Positions 21,901 through 31,449 of a DNA stretch of 31,739 nt are shown piece after piece. Position 1 is the first letter of the stretch. Each line of letters opens with the position of its first letter. The notes under the pieces are model-generated. The model saw only the letters and a list, made by a program, of their open reading frames with translations, was not told the DNA's origin and did no database searches. The stretch is taken from positions 1 to 31,739 of the forward strand of contig CAWAWS010000042.1 of the NCBI GenBank assembly GCA_963785725.1, read 5' to 3'. Made by a program: the position numbers and the translations under genes. The DNA is from an uncultured delta proteobacterium. Its GTDB lineage: Bacteria; Myxococcota_A; Polyangia; Palsa-1104.

Positions 21901-24839
21901 GCCGCCAGCGCCGTCAGCGCGTCGAGGCCGTCGGCGACGGTGGCGCCGGCGAACGCGAACAGCTGCGCGTCGCCGCGGTCGGGCTCGCTCGCGCGCGGCG
22001 CGCCGTCGAGCCGCGGTGGGCTGCGCTCGCCGCCGTCGGGCTCGCTCGACTGCTCGCTCGGCGCGCCGGCCCGCTCCTCCTCGAGGATGGCGTGGAAGTT
22101 GGAGCCGCCGATGCCGAACGCGCTCACGCCGCCGCGGCGCGGCGCATCGGTCGGCGCCCAGGTCTGCCGCACGCGCACGACCTCGAGGCCGGCGGCCGCG
22201 AAGTCGATCTTCGGGCTCGGCTCGTCACAATGCAGCGACGGCGGCAGCTCGCCCGCTTGCAACGCCAACACCACCTTCTGCAGCGCCGGCGCGCCCGCCG
22301 CGGCGACGAGGTGACCCAAGTTCGACTTCACGGTGCCGATGCGCAACGGCGTCGTGCGCGCGGCGCCGCCGTAGGTGCAGGCCAGCGCCATGGCCTCGAC
22401 CGCGTCGCCGACGGCGGTGCCGGTGCCGTGGCATTCGACGTAGTCGACGCTGGTGCCGGCGATTCCGGCCGAGTCGAGCGCGCGCTGCAGCGCCAAGCTC
22501 TCGCCGTCGACGCTGGGCGTGAGCACCGAGCGGCCCTTGCCGTCCGACGAGCCGGAGCAGCCGCGCACGAGCGCGCGAATGCGGCGCCCTTGGCGGCGCG
22601 CGTCGCCGGCGCGTTCGAGCACGAGCACGCCCGCGCCTTCGCCGGGCACGAAGCCTTGCGCGCGCGCGTCGAAGGGGCGAATGCCCGCGGGCGACAGGCC
22701 GTTGAAGCGCGACGTGGCGACGTAGAACTCGGGCGCGATGTCGCACCAACCACCGCCGACGACGGCCAGGTCGCAGCGACCGAGCCGTAACGCTTGCGCG
22801 CCGGCGTGCAGCGCCGCCAGCGTCGACGCGCACGCCGATTCGACGGCGACGTGGCCGCCGCGCGCGCCGAGCGCCGCCGCGACGCGTGCCGCGGTCACGC
22901 TGCCGAGCCAACCGGTCAAGGAGTGCCGGTCGAGCGCCGGCAGCCGCTCCGTCCACGCGCGCTCGGCCTCGTCGACGATCGCCTGCACGCGCGGCTCCGG
23001 CACGTGGTCCGCGCGCAGCGTCTCGGCGAGCGCGGCGGCGAATTCGGCGAAATTCACCCGCGCTTCGGCCAGCCAGCGCCGATGGACGAAGGGCATGGCC
23101 GCGATGAACACCTGCACGCGCGCCGCGTCCACCGTCGGCGCGCCGGCGTCGCGCCACGCCGCGCCCGCCGCGCGGGTGACCAGCAGCTGCGTCGGATCGA
23201 TCTGACCTCGCGCCGCGCGCTCGTGCTGACCTCGCGTCGTGCGCCCGTGCTGCCCACTCGCCGCGCGCTCGTCGTCGGTCGGCTGCGGCAGGTCGACGAA
23301 CGAGCCCATGCGCGCGACCGACTTCTCGCGCGCTTTGCCGTCGGTCGAGTAATAGCGCTCGAGCGGCCAGCGCGACTTGGGCACGTCGACGACCTGGTCG
23401 CGACCGGCGAGCAGGTTGTCCCAGAGCTGCGTCAGATCGGGCGCGCCCGCGAAGATGCCGCCCATGCCGACGATGCCGAGCGGCGCGAACGAAAACGGTG
23501 GCGCGCCGGCGTTTGCGCGCGTCGTCGCGGCCGTCGTTCGCGCGGGCGCGCTTTCGAGGACGGCGTGGAACGTCTGACCGTCGAGCGCGATGGCGGTCAC
23601 GCCGGCGCTGGCCGCGCCGTCGGGCCACGCCGTCGCGGCGTCGCCGGCTGCGGCCGCCGGCAAGCGCCGATGATGCAGCGCCAGCGCCGTCGAGACGAGC
23701 CCGGCCGCGCCCGCGGCCGCGCGCAAGTGGCCGACACGCGCTTTGACCGCGCGCAACGCCGGCGCCGCCGCGCCACCGACGACGGCACGCAAGGCCTCGG
23801 CTTCGGCGCGATCGGCCGCGCGAACGCCGCTCGCGTGACACTCGAACAGCCGCGCCTGCGCCACGTCGCGTCCCGCCGCCGACCAGCCGGCGCGCACGGC
23901 GGCCGCGATCGTCTCGCTGTCCGCCGCAAACGGCGGCGCGCCCGCAGCCGCGCTGGCGCGACCGACGGAATGCACGACGGCGAAGATCGTGTCACCTGAC
24001 GCCACCGCATCGTCGAGCCGCTTCAAGGTCAAGACGGCCGCGCCTTCGCCGAGGACGAGGCCGTCGGCGTCGGGTGACAGCGGCCGCGCCTGTCCGGTCG
24101 GCGACAGCACGCCGAGCGCGGCATACGCGGCCAGCTCCGTCGGCGTCAGCAGCTCGGAGACGCCACCGACGAGCGCGCAATCCCACTCGCGCTCGTGCAA
24201 GCCGGCCAACGCCAGCTCCAGCGCCGCCAACGCGGACGCGTGATCGGCATCGACGGCGTAATGCGGCCCATATAGATCGTGGTGCATCGCGATGCGCGCC
24301 GCGGCCACGCTGCCGAGCGAGCCGACGACGTCGTCGCTCGACGCTTCCAACAGACGCGACCGCAAGAGCGCCAGCGCGTCGTCGGCCAATCGTGCGCGCG
24401 CGTCGCCGGCGAGCGCGGCGAACGTCGGGCTCGCCGCCAACGCGTCGGCGAGATCGGCGGCGCGCATGCGCAAACCGACGTCGCGCTGCAGGCCGAGGCC
24501 GCTTGCGCCGAGCAGAATCGCCGTGCGCTCGCGTGGAATGGCGCGCACGCCGGCGAGCGCTTGCGTGCCGGCTTCGAGCGTCGCCAGCTGCATGCGGTTG
24601 ACGGTCGTGGCATCGGCGGGCGGCAGCCGATACTTGCGCCAGTCGAGCTGCCAGCCGCCGAGCCAGCCGCCGACGATGCTCTTTCCCAAGCGAGCGTAAC
24701 GGTCGGCGACGAACCCGTCTTCGTCACGCACCGGTCGGAGCGCGGTCCGACCGGCCGAGAGGTTCTCCCAGAGCTGCGCCCACGATGCGGCGCCGGGCAA
24801 AACAGCGCCCACGCCGACGATGGCGACTGGAGAACTCAT
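18989..24839 (-). CDS. Pfa-like type I PKS subunit 1: inactive KS - KS - AT - ACP(Thr) - degenerate DH (+1 frameshift at ~21245)
   Basis: ORFs 20151..24839 and 18989..21331 join within the AT (GRMAAVACSAARL/AILVAG). KS0 DADHASA; KS ESACAST/ECHGTGT/KSNLGHL; AT FPGQGPQY, GQSAGE, VSHAYHS; ACP LDLDLEGDLGIDTVKQ; C-terminal DH-like YLRDSLVDGRAFVP. Confidence 0.88.
23202..23272 (-). repeat. 24-bp x3 degenerate repeat (ERAAxGQH) inserted in the active KS of PKS1
   Basis: Protein ERAASGQHGRTTRGQHERAARGQ; DNA units CTGACCTCGCG...CGTG. Confidence 0.6.
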
Positions 24840-24845
24840 CTCTCG

Positions 24846-24854
24846 ATTTTATCA
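24846..24854 (-). promoter_or_regulatory. Extended -10 promoter (TGnTAAAAT) 6 nt upstream of the PKS1 ATG
   Basis: Minus strand TGATAAAAT-CGAGAG-ATG in an AT-rich intergenic gap. Confidence 0.5.
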
Positions 24855-24903
24855 GCGATATACCGGATATGCCTGTAAAATTACTGCGTATTCAGGCGGT
24901 TAT

Positions 24904-25485
24904 TTAATGGTACCGAACCTCACAATGCAGCTTGAATAGCTCATCGCGTCCATCCGAGCGGCCTTCGGACCAGGTGCCGGCGATGGTGCCGCGAACGTCA
25001 CGTCCGCCCGCCAGCTCGATCGCCGCCGGCACGAAGCCGCGCCAGGCGCCCGAGCTCCATTCGAGCAGCCGCTTGGGAATTCCGGTGCATTCGCCCAAGT
25101 AGTAACCCTGGTCGTTTCTGATGGCGACCGCATCGCCGAAGTGGACGTAGGTGCTCCACAGTCGCGGGGTGAACCCCATGACGCGCACCGGTGCCGCGAT
25201 GCGCAGAAAGATGCGATACATCGTCGTCAGATCTTTGAGCGCGTTGAGGCGCGTGATCTCCATCGTGATGTCTTCGACGGTCTTGCGCAGCTCCTTCGCC
25301 ACCTGGTCGAGCACGTCGTTGAGCGGCTCGACGTTGTACCAAGCCACCGGCATCAGCACCGACTGGTACTCGGGATCGCTGGTGGCCGCGACGAGCTTCT
25401 TGAAGCTGCCCGGGCCCAGCCGTTCGTCGATCCACTGCGCGGCCATGACCACGTGGGACCCTTTGCACTTGTAATCGGGTTTCAT
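24904..25485 (-). CDS. Myxobacterial H-NOX/V4R-like (TIGR02265/DUF2378-like) putative ligand-binding protein
   Basis: N-terminal KGS, WIDERLG...LMPVAWY motif, C-terminal WSSGAWRGF...ELAGG and beta strands; typical codon bias. Start 25485 or 25506. Family call is from pattern recognition. Confidence 0.6.
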   Translation of the reverse strand: MKPDYKCKGSHVVMAAQWIDERLGPGSFKKLVAATSDPEYQSVLMPVAWYNVEPLNDVLDQVAKELRKTVEDITMEITRLNALKDLTTMYRIFLRIAAPVRVMGFTPRLWSTYVHFGDAVAIRNDQGYYLGECTGIPKRLLEWSSGAWRGFVPAAIELAGGRDVRGTIAGTWSEGRSDGRDELFKLHCEVRYH

Positions 25486-25626
25486 GGCGAGTCGATATCG
25501 TATCATATCCCGCGAGCTTCATCGACCGTCGCTGTCTTGCAAATTGCGAATGCGACCTCAGGCGCTTGCAGTAGTGAAGGCTCATAAGCGGCTGGCTGCG
25601 CGGCGTCGACTGTTGCAAAATGCAGT

Positions 25627-27677
25627 ATGCGGCGCGAATCGGCCGGACTAACCCTCGCCGTCGTTAGCGTCGTCACGCTCATCTTCGGGCTCGCCTATCT
25701 CGACCTCCGGCGCGAGCAGGCGCGCGCGCTCGACGAGTTCACGGCCGAGCAAGCGGCGCTGTCGGCGACGTTGGCGGCGACGCTGTCGCGACGGCTGGAT
25801 TCGGTCGAGCGCGACTTGGGCGTGTTGGCCGCGATCGGCGACGGGGCCGCCGCGCTGCCGGCGTTGCCGCTGCTCGTCGACGGCAAGAGCGCCTATCGCG
25901 AGGTCGAGCTGCTCGACGAGCGCGGGCAGCCGCGCGCCGAAGCCCACTTGGGCGGCGCCGCGCTCGACGACGATCGCGCGCTGGCGGACGTGCGCGCGCG
26001 TTTGTGGTCGGCGACGGCGGCCGATGGTCACGTGCGCGTGTCCGATCCGCTCGGCGTCGCGCCCGGTCGGCTGCGGCTGTTCTTGCGTCGCGACGCGCAC
26101 GCGGCCGTCGCCTTGTGGGCCGACACCAATCGCTTCTTCGACGGCGTGCGCCAAGCGGCGTTCGAGACATCGCCGGCGCCGATGAGCTGGCTGGTGATGG
26201 ACGAGCAGCGCCGCACGGTGCTGTTCAGCTTCGGGGCCGACCATCAGATGCCGTGGCACACGACGTCGTGGCAGCCGGAGACGGCGCCGGCGGAGCTGCA
26301 GTCGATGCTGGCGGCGATGGCGGCGGGCGAACGCGGCACGCGCTTCCTCAACCGGCCGTCGGCGGTGGCGGTCGGGCTCGAGCGACGCGTGGCCATGGCC
26401 GGGTTCGCGCCGGTGCATCGCCGCGCGGGAGACTGGTCGGTCGCCGTCGTGGCGTCGGCGAAGGCGGTGCGCGATCGGGCGCGCTTTGCCGTGTGGCGAC
26501 TGGGCGCGGCGACGGGATTGACGGCGCTGTTGGTGGCGCTGTTCGCGGTCATGGTGGCGCGACAGCAGCGGCGCACGCAGGCCTTGGGGACGAAGCTGGA
26601 GCTGGCGGAAGCGACGGCCGCGTTGCGTGAGCGCGCGGAGACGATCGTCGAGCGCATTCCCGTCGGCGTGATGGCGATCGACGGCGACGGGCAGGTGCGC
26701 GCGGTCAATCCCTACTTGGCCGAACGCGGCGCGCGGCCGTCGGGCGCGTTGGCGGAGGCGCTCGCCGGCCTCCTGCCCGACGAGCAGGCGCTCGTGACCG
26801 CGCTGTGGACGGCGGCGCGCGCCGATCGCCAGCCGCGCGAGCGCGCCGGGCTGCGCCTGCATCTCGGCGGCGCCGCGCGCGACGTCGACGTCTTCGTCGT
26901 GCCGCTGGCGCGGCCACTGCCCGACGCCGACTGCTTCGTCGTGCTGCACGATCGCACGACCTTGCGGCAGCTCGAGCGCAACCTCGTGCGCGCCGAGAAG
27001 CTGGCGACGATCGGGACCTCGTCGGCGGGCGTCGCGCATGAGGTGGGCACGCCGCTCGGCATCATCTCCGGTCGCGCCGAGCAGCTGTTGGCGCGCGCCG
27101 ACGACGAGGTCGTGAAGAAGGGGCTGTCGTCGATCCTCGACCAGGTGGACAAGATGTCGACGACGATTCGCCAGCTGCTCGACTTCGCGCGCGCTCGGCC
27201 GGTCGAGGTCGAGGCGGTCTCGGCGGCGCACGCGCTCGGTCAGGCGGCGGCGCTGCTCGATCATCGCTTCCGCCAGGCGAATGTCGCGCTGTCGGTCGAG
27301 GCGGCGCCGTCGTTGCCGCCCTTGGCCGCCGATCGCGGGCAGCTCGAGCAGGTGCTCGTCAACCTGCTCATCAACGCCTGCGACGCCTGCGGCAAAGGCG
27401 GCGCCGTCGTCGCCCGCGCGCATTCGGCGACAGCCGAGAACGAGCTCGTGCTCGAGGTCGCCGACGACGGCTGCGGCATTCCGCCCGAGCAGCTCGCCGC
27501 CGTCTTCGATCCCTTCTTCACCACCAAAAAGCGCGGCCAAGGCACTGGGCTCGGCCTCATCGATCGCCGCCGACATCGTCAAGAACCACGGAGGCCGCTT
27601 GATCCTCGATTCGCAGGTGGGCACGGGAACGCATCGCGCGCGTCTATTGGCCGCGGGCGCGCGAGGCACAGTCGTGA
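25627..27677 (+). CDS. Membrane sensor histidine kinase with periplasmic (Cache-like) and PAS-like domains (+1 frameshifts at ~27559 and ~27632)
   Basis: Two TM helices; H-box AGVAHEVGTPL; N-box QVLVNLLINACDA; G1 DDGCGI; F-box FDPFFTTK; G2 GTGLGL. Corrected end IARVYWPRAREAQS* with TGA overlapping the next GTG. Confidence 0.9.
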
Positions 27678-29024
27678 ATTCGCGCGTCCTCGTCGTCGAC
27701 GACGACGGCGAGATGGCCGAGACCGTCGCCGACTACTTGAGCGGCCGCGGCTACAAGAGCGAGACCGCGGTCGGCGGCAAAGCGGCGCTGCAGCTCATCA
27801 AGCGCAAAGAGTTCGACGCCATCATCACCGACTTGCGCATGGACGCCGTCGACGGGCTCGACGTCTTGGCCGCGTCGCGCGCCGCCGATCCGGGCCGGCC
27901 GGTCATCGTCATGACGGCGTACGGCACGATCGACGGCGCCATCGAAGCCGTGCGCAAAGGCGCGTCACACTATCTGACCAAGCCCTTCAAGCTCGAGGAG
28001 GCGGCGCTGGCGCTCGAACGCGCGCTGGCCAACGAAGGGCTCGTGCGCGAGAACGCGGCGCTGCGCAAGCGTCGTCGACGAGCGGCTCGGCTTTCGCAAC
28101 CTCGTCGGCAAAGCGCCGGTCATGCAGCAGCTCTACGACCTGCTCGAGCGCGTGAGCGCGATCTCGTCGCCGGTGCTCCTGTACGGCGAGTCGGGCACGG
28201 GCAAGGAGCTGGTGGCGCGCGCGCTGCATCACGGCGGGCCGCGCGCGCGCGCGCCGTTCGTCGCCATCAACTGCGCGGCCATCGCCGAGTCGCTGTTGGA
28301 ATCGGAGCTGTTCGGGCACGCCAAAGGCGCGTTCACCGGCGCCGGCGAAGCCAAGCGCGGCCTCTTCGTCGAAGCCGACGGCGGCACGCTCTTGCTCGAC
28401 GAGATCGGCGAGCTGCCGCTCGGCCTGCAGGCCAAGCTCTTGCGCGCGCTCGAGACGTCGGCCGTGCGCCCCGTCGGTGGCGGCATCGAGCGCAAAGTGG
28501 ACGTGCGCATCATCGCCGCCACCAATCGCGATCTCGCCAAAGCGGTGCAAGAGAAGCGCTTCCGCGAGGACTTGTACTATCGGCTGCACGTCATCCCGGT
28601 GCATTTGCCGCCGCTGCGCGCGCGTCGCGACGACATTCCGCTGCTGGTGGAGCACTTCGTCAAGCAGTTCGCGGAGCAGCACCCCGACTTGCCGCCGCGC
28701 GAGATGACGCCGGAGGCGCTGCGCCGGCTGTGCGAGCTGCCGTGGCCGGGCAACGTGCGCGAGCTGCGTCATGCGGTCGAGCGGCTGCTCGTGCTCGGCC
28801 GCGGCCGGCGCATCGACGTGCGCGACGTGGCGCTGGCCGTGCCCGAGCCGCTGCCGGAGGCGATGGCCGCGGTCGCCGCCGAGATCGTGCCGCTGCGCGT
28901 GCTGCAGCGGCGCTATGTCGAGTGGGTGCTCACGCAGACCGGCGGTAACAAGGTGCGCACGGCGCAGCTGCTCGGCATCGACGCGTCGACGATCTATCGC
29001 ATGCTGACGCGCGACGAAGATTAG
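27674..29024 (+). CDS. Sigma54-dependent NtrC/AtoC-family response regulator, REC-AAA+-Fis HTH (+1 frameshift at ~28070)
   Basis: REC: VLVVDDD, ITDLRM, MTAYG, YLTKPF. AAA+: GESGTGKE, ESELFGH, GAFTGA, LLLDEIGE, FREDLYYRL, WPGNVREL. HTH: GNKVRTAQLLGI. Confidence 0.93.
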
Positions 29025-29030
29025 CGGCGG

Positions 29031-29594
29031 TCAGCGCGACAAGACGAGGTCGGCCGACAGCTCGAGGTCGTCGTTGACCTTGACGAACATGAGGCTCGGC
29101 CGATCGACCTTGAAGCCGTCGAGGCTGATCTTGAACTTCGTCTGCGCCCGCACGCGCGTCGGCGATTCCCACACCAGCGTCACCGGCAGCTCCATCATCT
29201 GCTGCACGCCGTGAAAGGTGAGCTGCCCCTTGAAGCGCGTCGTCGTCGTCGTCGGGAACGTGGCCGGCGGCGTGATGCCTTCGCCGAGCGCCTTCAGCTC
29301 CACCTGCGGATACTTGGCCGCCTCGACCGTCTCCTTCATGTGCTCGTCGCGGTTGACGTTGCCGGAGTCGAACGACTGCACGGGAATGCGCACCATGACC
29401 TGCGCTTTACCGTCGGCGAGCCGCGCTTTGCCTTCGCACTTCTTCGACGTGCCCACGACCTCGTGGAACTTGTGGACGAGGTGGTATTCGGCCTTGCTCT
29501 GCCCGGCGTCGACGGCGAAATCGGCGCTGTCGGCGTGCGCGGAGACGGCGAACGCGAAAATAGGCAGTGCCAGTAAGCGGAATAAAGTTTTCAT
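29031..29594 (-). CDS. YceI-like periplasmic lipid/polyisoprenoid-binding protein
   Basis: Signal peptide MKTLFR...SAHA; SFDSGNVNRDEHM, AAKYP, FKGQLTFHGV. Confidence 0.85.
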   Translation of the reverse strand: MKTLFRLLALPIFAFAVSAHADSADFAVDAGQSKAEYHLVHKFHEVVGTSKKCEGKARLADGKAQVMVRIPVQSFDSGNVNRDEHMKETVEAAKYPQVELKALGEGITPPATFPTTTTTRFKGQLTFHGVQQMMELPVTLVWESPTRVRAQTKFKISLDGFKVDRPSLMFVKVNDDLELSADLVLSR

Positions 29595-29765
29595 CCGCCA
29601 AGAGTACGATTGATTGGGCTCGCTGGGCCATTTCCAACCGAGCAACTAGTCGGTCCGATTCGGCACGCGCGTTGATTTCGTAAGCGCCGCAACCGCGCGC
29701 GACGACAGCTGTCGTTTGCGACACGCATGACGCGCGTCGTGACCGTGGGCGTCGGCGAGACGCCG

Positions 29766-30054
29766 TCACAGATCGGGCGAATCGAGCATACAGCGCGCGA
29801 CGACGTCGCGCCGGCCGGCGCGCGCGCGCGGCGGCGGCAGCGGCGCGCACGTGAGCTCGTACCAAACGCCCTCGATGCGGCGCGCCTGGCGGTCGCGGTC
29901 GAGCGCGCGGCGGTCGGGATCGCGCGGCGGCGTCTGGTACCCGGCGCTGCAGGAAACGACGCAGCGGCGCCAAGCTCTGCGTGCGCGCACTGCGGCGGTT
30001 GGCCCGTTGTGACCGCTCGCCGGACTTACGCCGCGAACAGGCAGAATCTTCCAC
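29766..30054 (-). pseudogene. Possible remnant of a conserved hypothetical gene
   Basis: Protein-like motifs SLAPLRRFLQRRV and RQARRIEGVWYELTCAPLP lie close together in different minus frames; no intact gene. Confidence 0.3.
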
Positions 30055-30139
30055 CGTGGCTGGGCTTCGTTCGCGCCTGAAAGAACTTTGAGATCGCCGT
30101 CATCGAGACGCGCGGGCGACGGTGCTATGGTTCGCTCGA

Positions 30140-30658
30140 ATGGCGCACGAAGACTGGCGGATGTTGGCGGAAACCCGTAGTTGCGAGGAGTTCGCCGGCG
30201 CCTATCCGCACCCATTCCTGCTGTCGCTGTCGGGTCTGGTGGCACCGCCGCCGCCGCCGCGCACGCTGCGCATGGACGACGTGACGCACGTGGCGCAGGT
30301 CGAGCTCATCCGCGCCGAGCGGCGGCGCCGGCTGACGCCGGCCGATCGCGAGCCGGCCGTGTTACCGGTGCGCAAGCAGCAGCCGACGTTCCCGAGCATG
30401 ATTACGGTCGGTCGGGCGCGCAACAACGACATCGTCGTGCCCGATGCGCTGGTCTCGAAGTTCCACGCCTTCTTCCGCTGTCAGGATGGTCAGTGGAGCC
30501 TCGAGGACGCCGGCAGCGTCAACGGCACGCGCGTCGGCAGCACGACCGTCGCCTACAAAGGCCCGCCGGGCGCGCTACGCTCGGGCGACCACGTCTGGTT
30601 CGGCGAGCAGAGCTTCCGCTTCCTCGACGCGCCGACCTTGTGGGTCGCGCTGCGGTAA
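30140..30658 (+). CDS. FHA domain protein
   Basis: ITVGRARNNDIVV, VSKFHA, LEDAGSVNGT, LRSGDHVWFG. Confidence 0.9.
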   Translation: MAHEDWRMLAETRSCEEFAGAYPHPFLLSLSGLVAPPPPPRTLRMDDVTHVAQVELIRAERRRRLTPADREPAVLPVRKQQPTFPSMITVGRARNNDIVVPDALVSKFHAFFRCQDGQWSLEDAGSVNGTRVGSTTVAYKGPPGALRSGDHVWFGEQSFRFLDAPTLWVALR

Positions 30659-30736
30659 CGCGCCTTCGCGCGATCGTCACCCGAGCGCGCACGCGCCCTT
30701 GACGCGGATGTGATACACCGTCGGTGGATGCGCGCT

Positions 30737-31399
30737 TCAGACCCCCGCGCCGTCGGGCAGCTCGGTGAACACGATCCCCGCGCCGGGCGACTTGTACTTC
30801 TTGTTCATGTAAATGAGCACCGGCGTCAGCGATTCGAGCGCCACGGCGTTGTCGAGCGGACCGGCGTCGAGGCCGCGCAGGCCGAGGTCGCGCACGAGGC
30901 CGAGCGCCGTCGTCTTGGCGCGATCGTCGTCGGCGCAGACGAGCACGTCGCAGTGGATGGCGTGCGTCGGATCGGCCAGGTGCGCATGGCTGACGTGATG
31001 CAGGGCCGCGGCCACGGGCGTCGCGGCGCCGAGCAGCGCCTGCGCTTCGAGCGCGGCGGCGCGGCCGGCGGGCAGCTGCACGCGGCTGACCTTCGGCGGC
31101 ACGAGCGGGACCGTCACGTCGATGAGCACTTTGCCGGCGGCGGCGGCGGCGATGGTGCGCACGCTGTCGCCGTGCGCGGCGTACGGCACCGACAGCACGA
31201 TGACGTCGGCGGCGGCGACGGCGGCGGCGTTTTCGTCGCCGGCAATCGCGCCGTGACCGGCAGCGGCGAGTTCGGCGGCGGCGGCTTTGGCTTTGCCTCC
31301 GTCCCGCGAGCCGATGATGATGCTGTGACCGGCACGCGCCCAACGAATGGCGAGCCCGCTGCCCTCTTTACCCGTGCCTCCGACGATGGCGATACGCAT
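30737..31399 (-). CDS. npdG: NADPH-dependent F420 reductase (F420H2:NADP+ oxidoreductase)
   Basis: [63 protein letters not shown]...AGI; adjacent to cofE. Confidence 0.88.
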   Translation of the reverse strand: MRIAIVGGTGKEGSGLAIRWARAGHSIIIGSRDGGKAKAAAAELAAAGHGAIAGDENAAAVAAADVIVLSVPYAAHGDSVRTIAAAAAGKVLIDVTVPLVPPKVSRVQLPAGRAAALEAQALLGAATPVAAALHHVSHAHLADPTHAIHCDVLVCADDDRAKTTALGLVRDLGLRGLDAGPLDNAVALESLTPVLIYMNKKYKSPGAGIVFTELPDGAGV

Positions 31400-31406
31400 G
31401 GCGATG

Positions 31407-31435
31407 ACCTTATGATCGATCCCGCGCGACGGCAA
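31407..31435 (-). promoter_or_regulatory. Putative sigma70-type promoter for npdG (leaderless geometry)
   Basis: Minus strand TTGCCG-17 nt-TAAGGT-7 nt-ATG. Confidence 0.45.
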
Positions 31436-31449
31436 ACACGATGATCCGC

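Noticed and set aside
18989..24839. Three PKS genes, a programmed frameshift, or a PKS1 pseudogene
   Set aside because: The break is mid-AT at a CTC/CTG merged-allele site like the others, with no slippery sequence, and active-site motifs are intact.
13379..24839. Canonical PUFA synthase (pfa) or enediyne PKS call
   Set aside because: No PfaD/Pfa1 enoyl reductase, no tandem ACPs, no FabA-type DH, no enediyne TE or accessory genes, and a different domain order.
25601..25616. Possible sigma54 promoter before the HK
   Set aside because: GG-to-GC spacing is 11 nt, not the required 10.
25627..29024. HK-response regulator fusion suggested by ORF 27281..28948 reading through
   Set aside because: Correcting a second +1 insertion at ~27632 gives a normal HK end with TGA overlapping the regulator GTG (GTGA, 27674-27677), so two genes are more likely.
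29660..29678. Sigma54-like TCGGCACGCGCGTTGA on the plus strand
   Set aside because: The -12 element is GA rather than GC, and no convincing gene follows (ORF 29727..30080 looks spurious).
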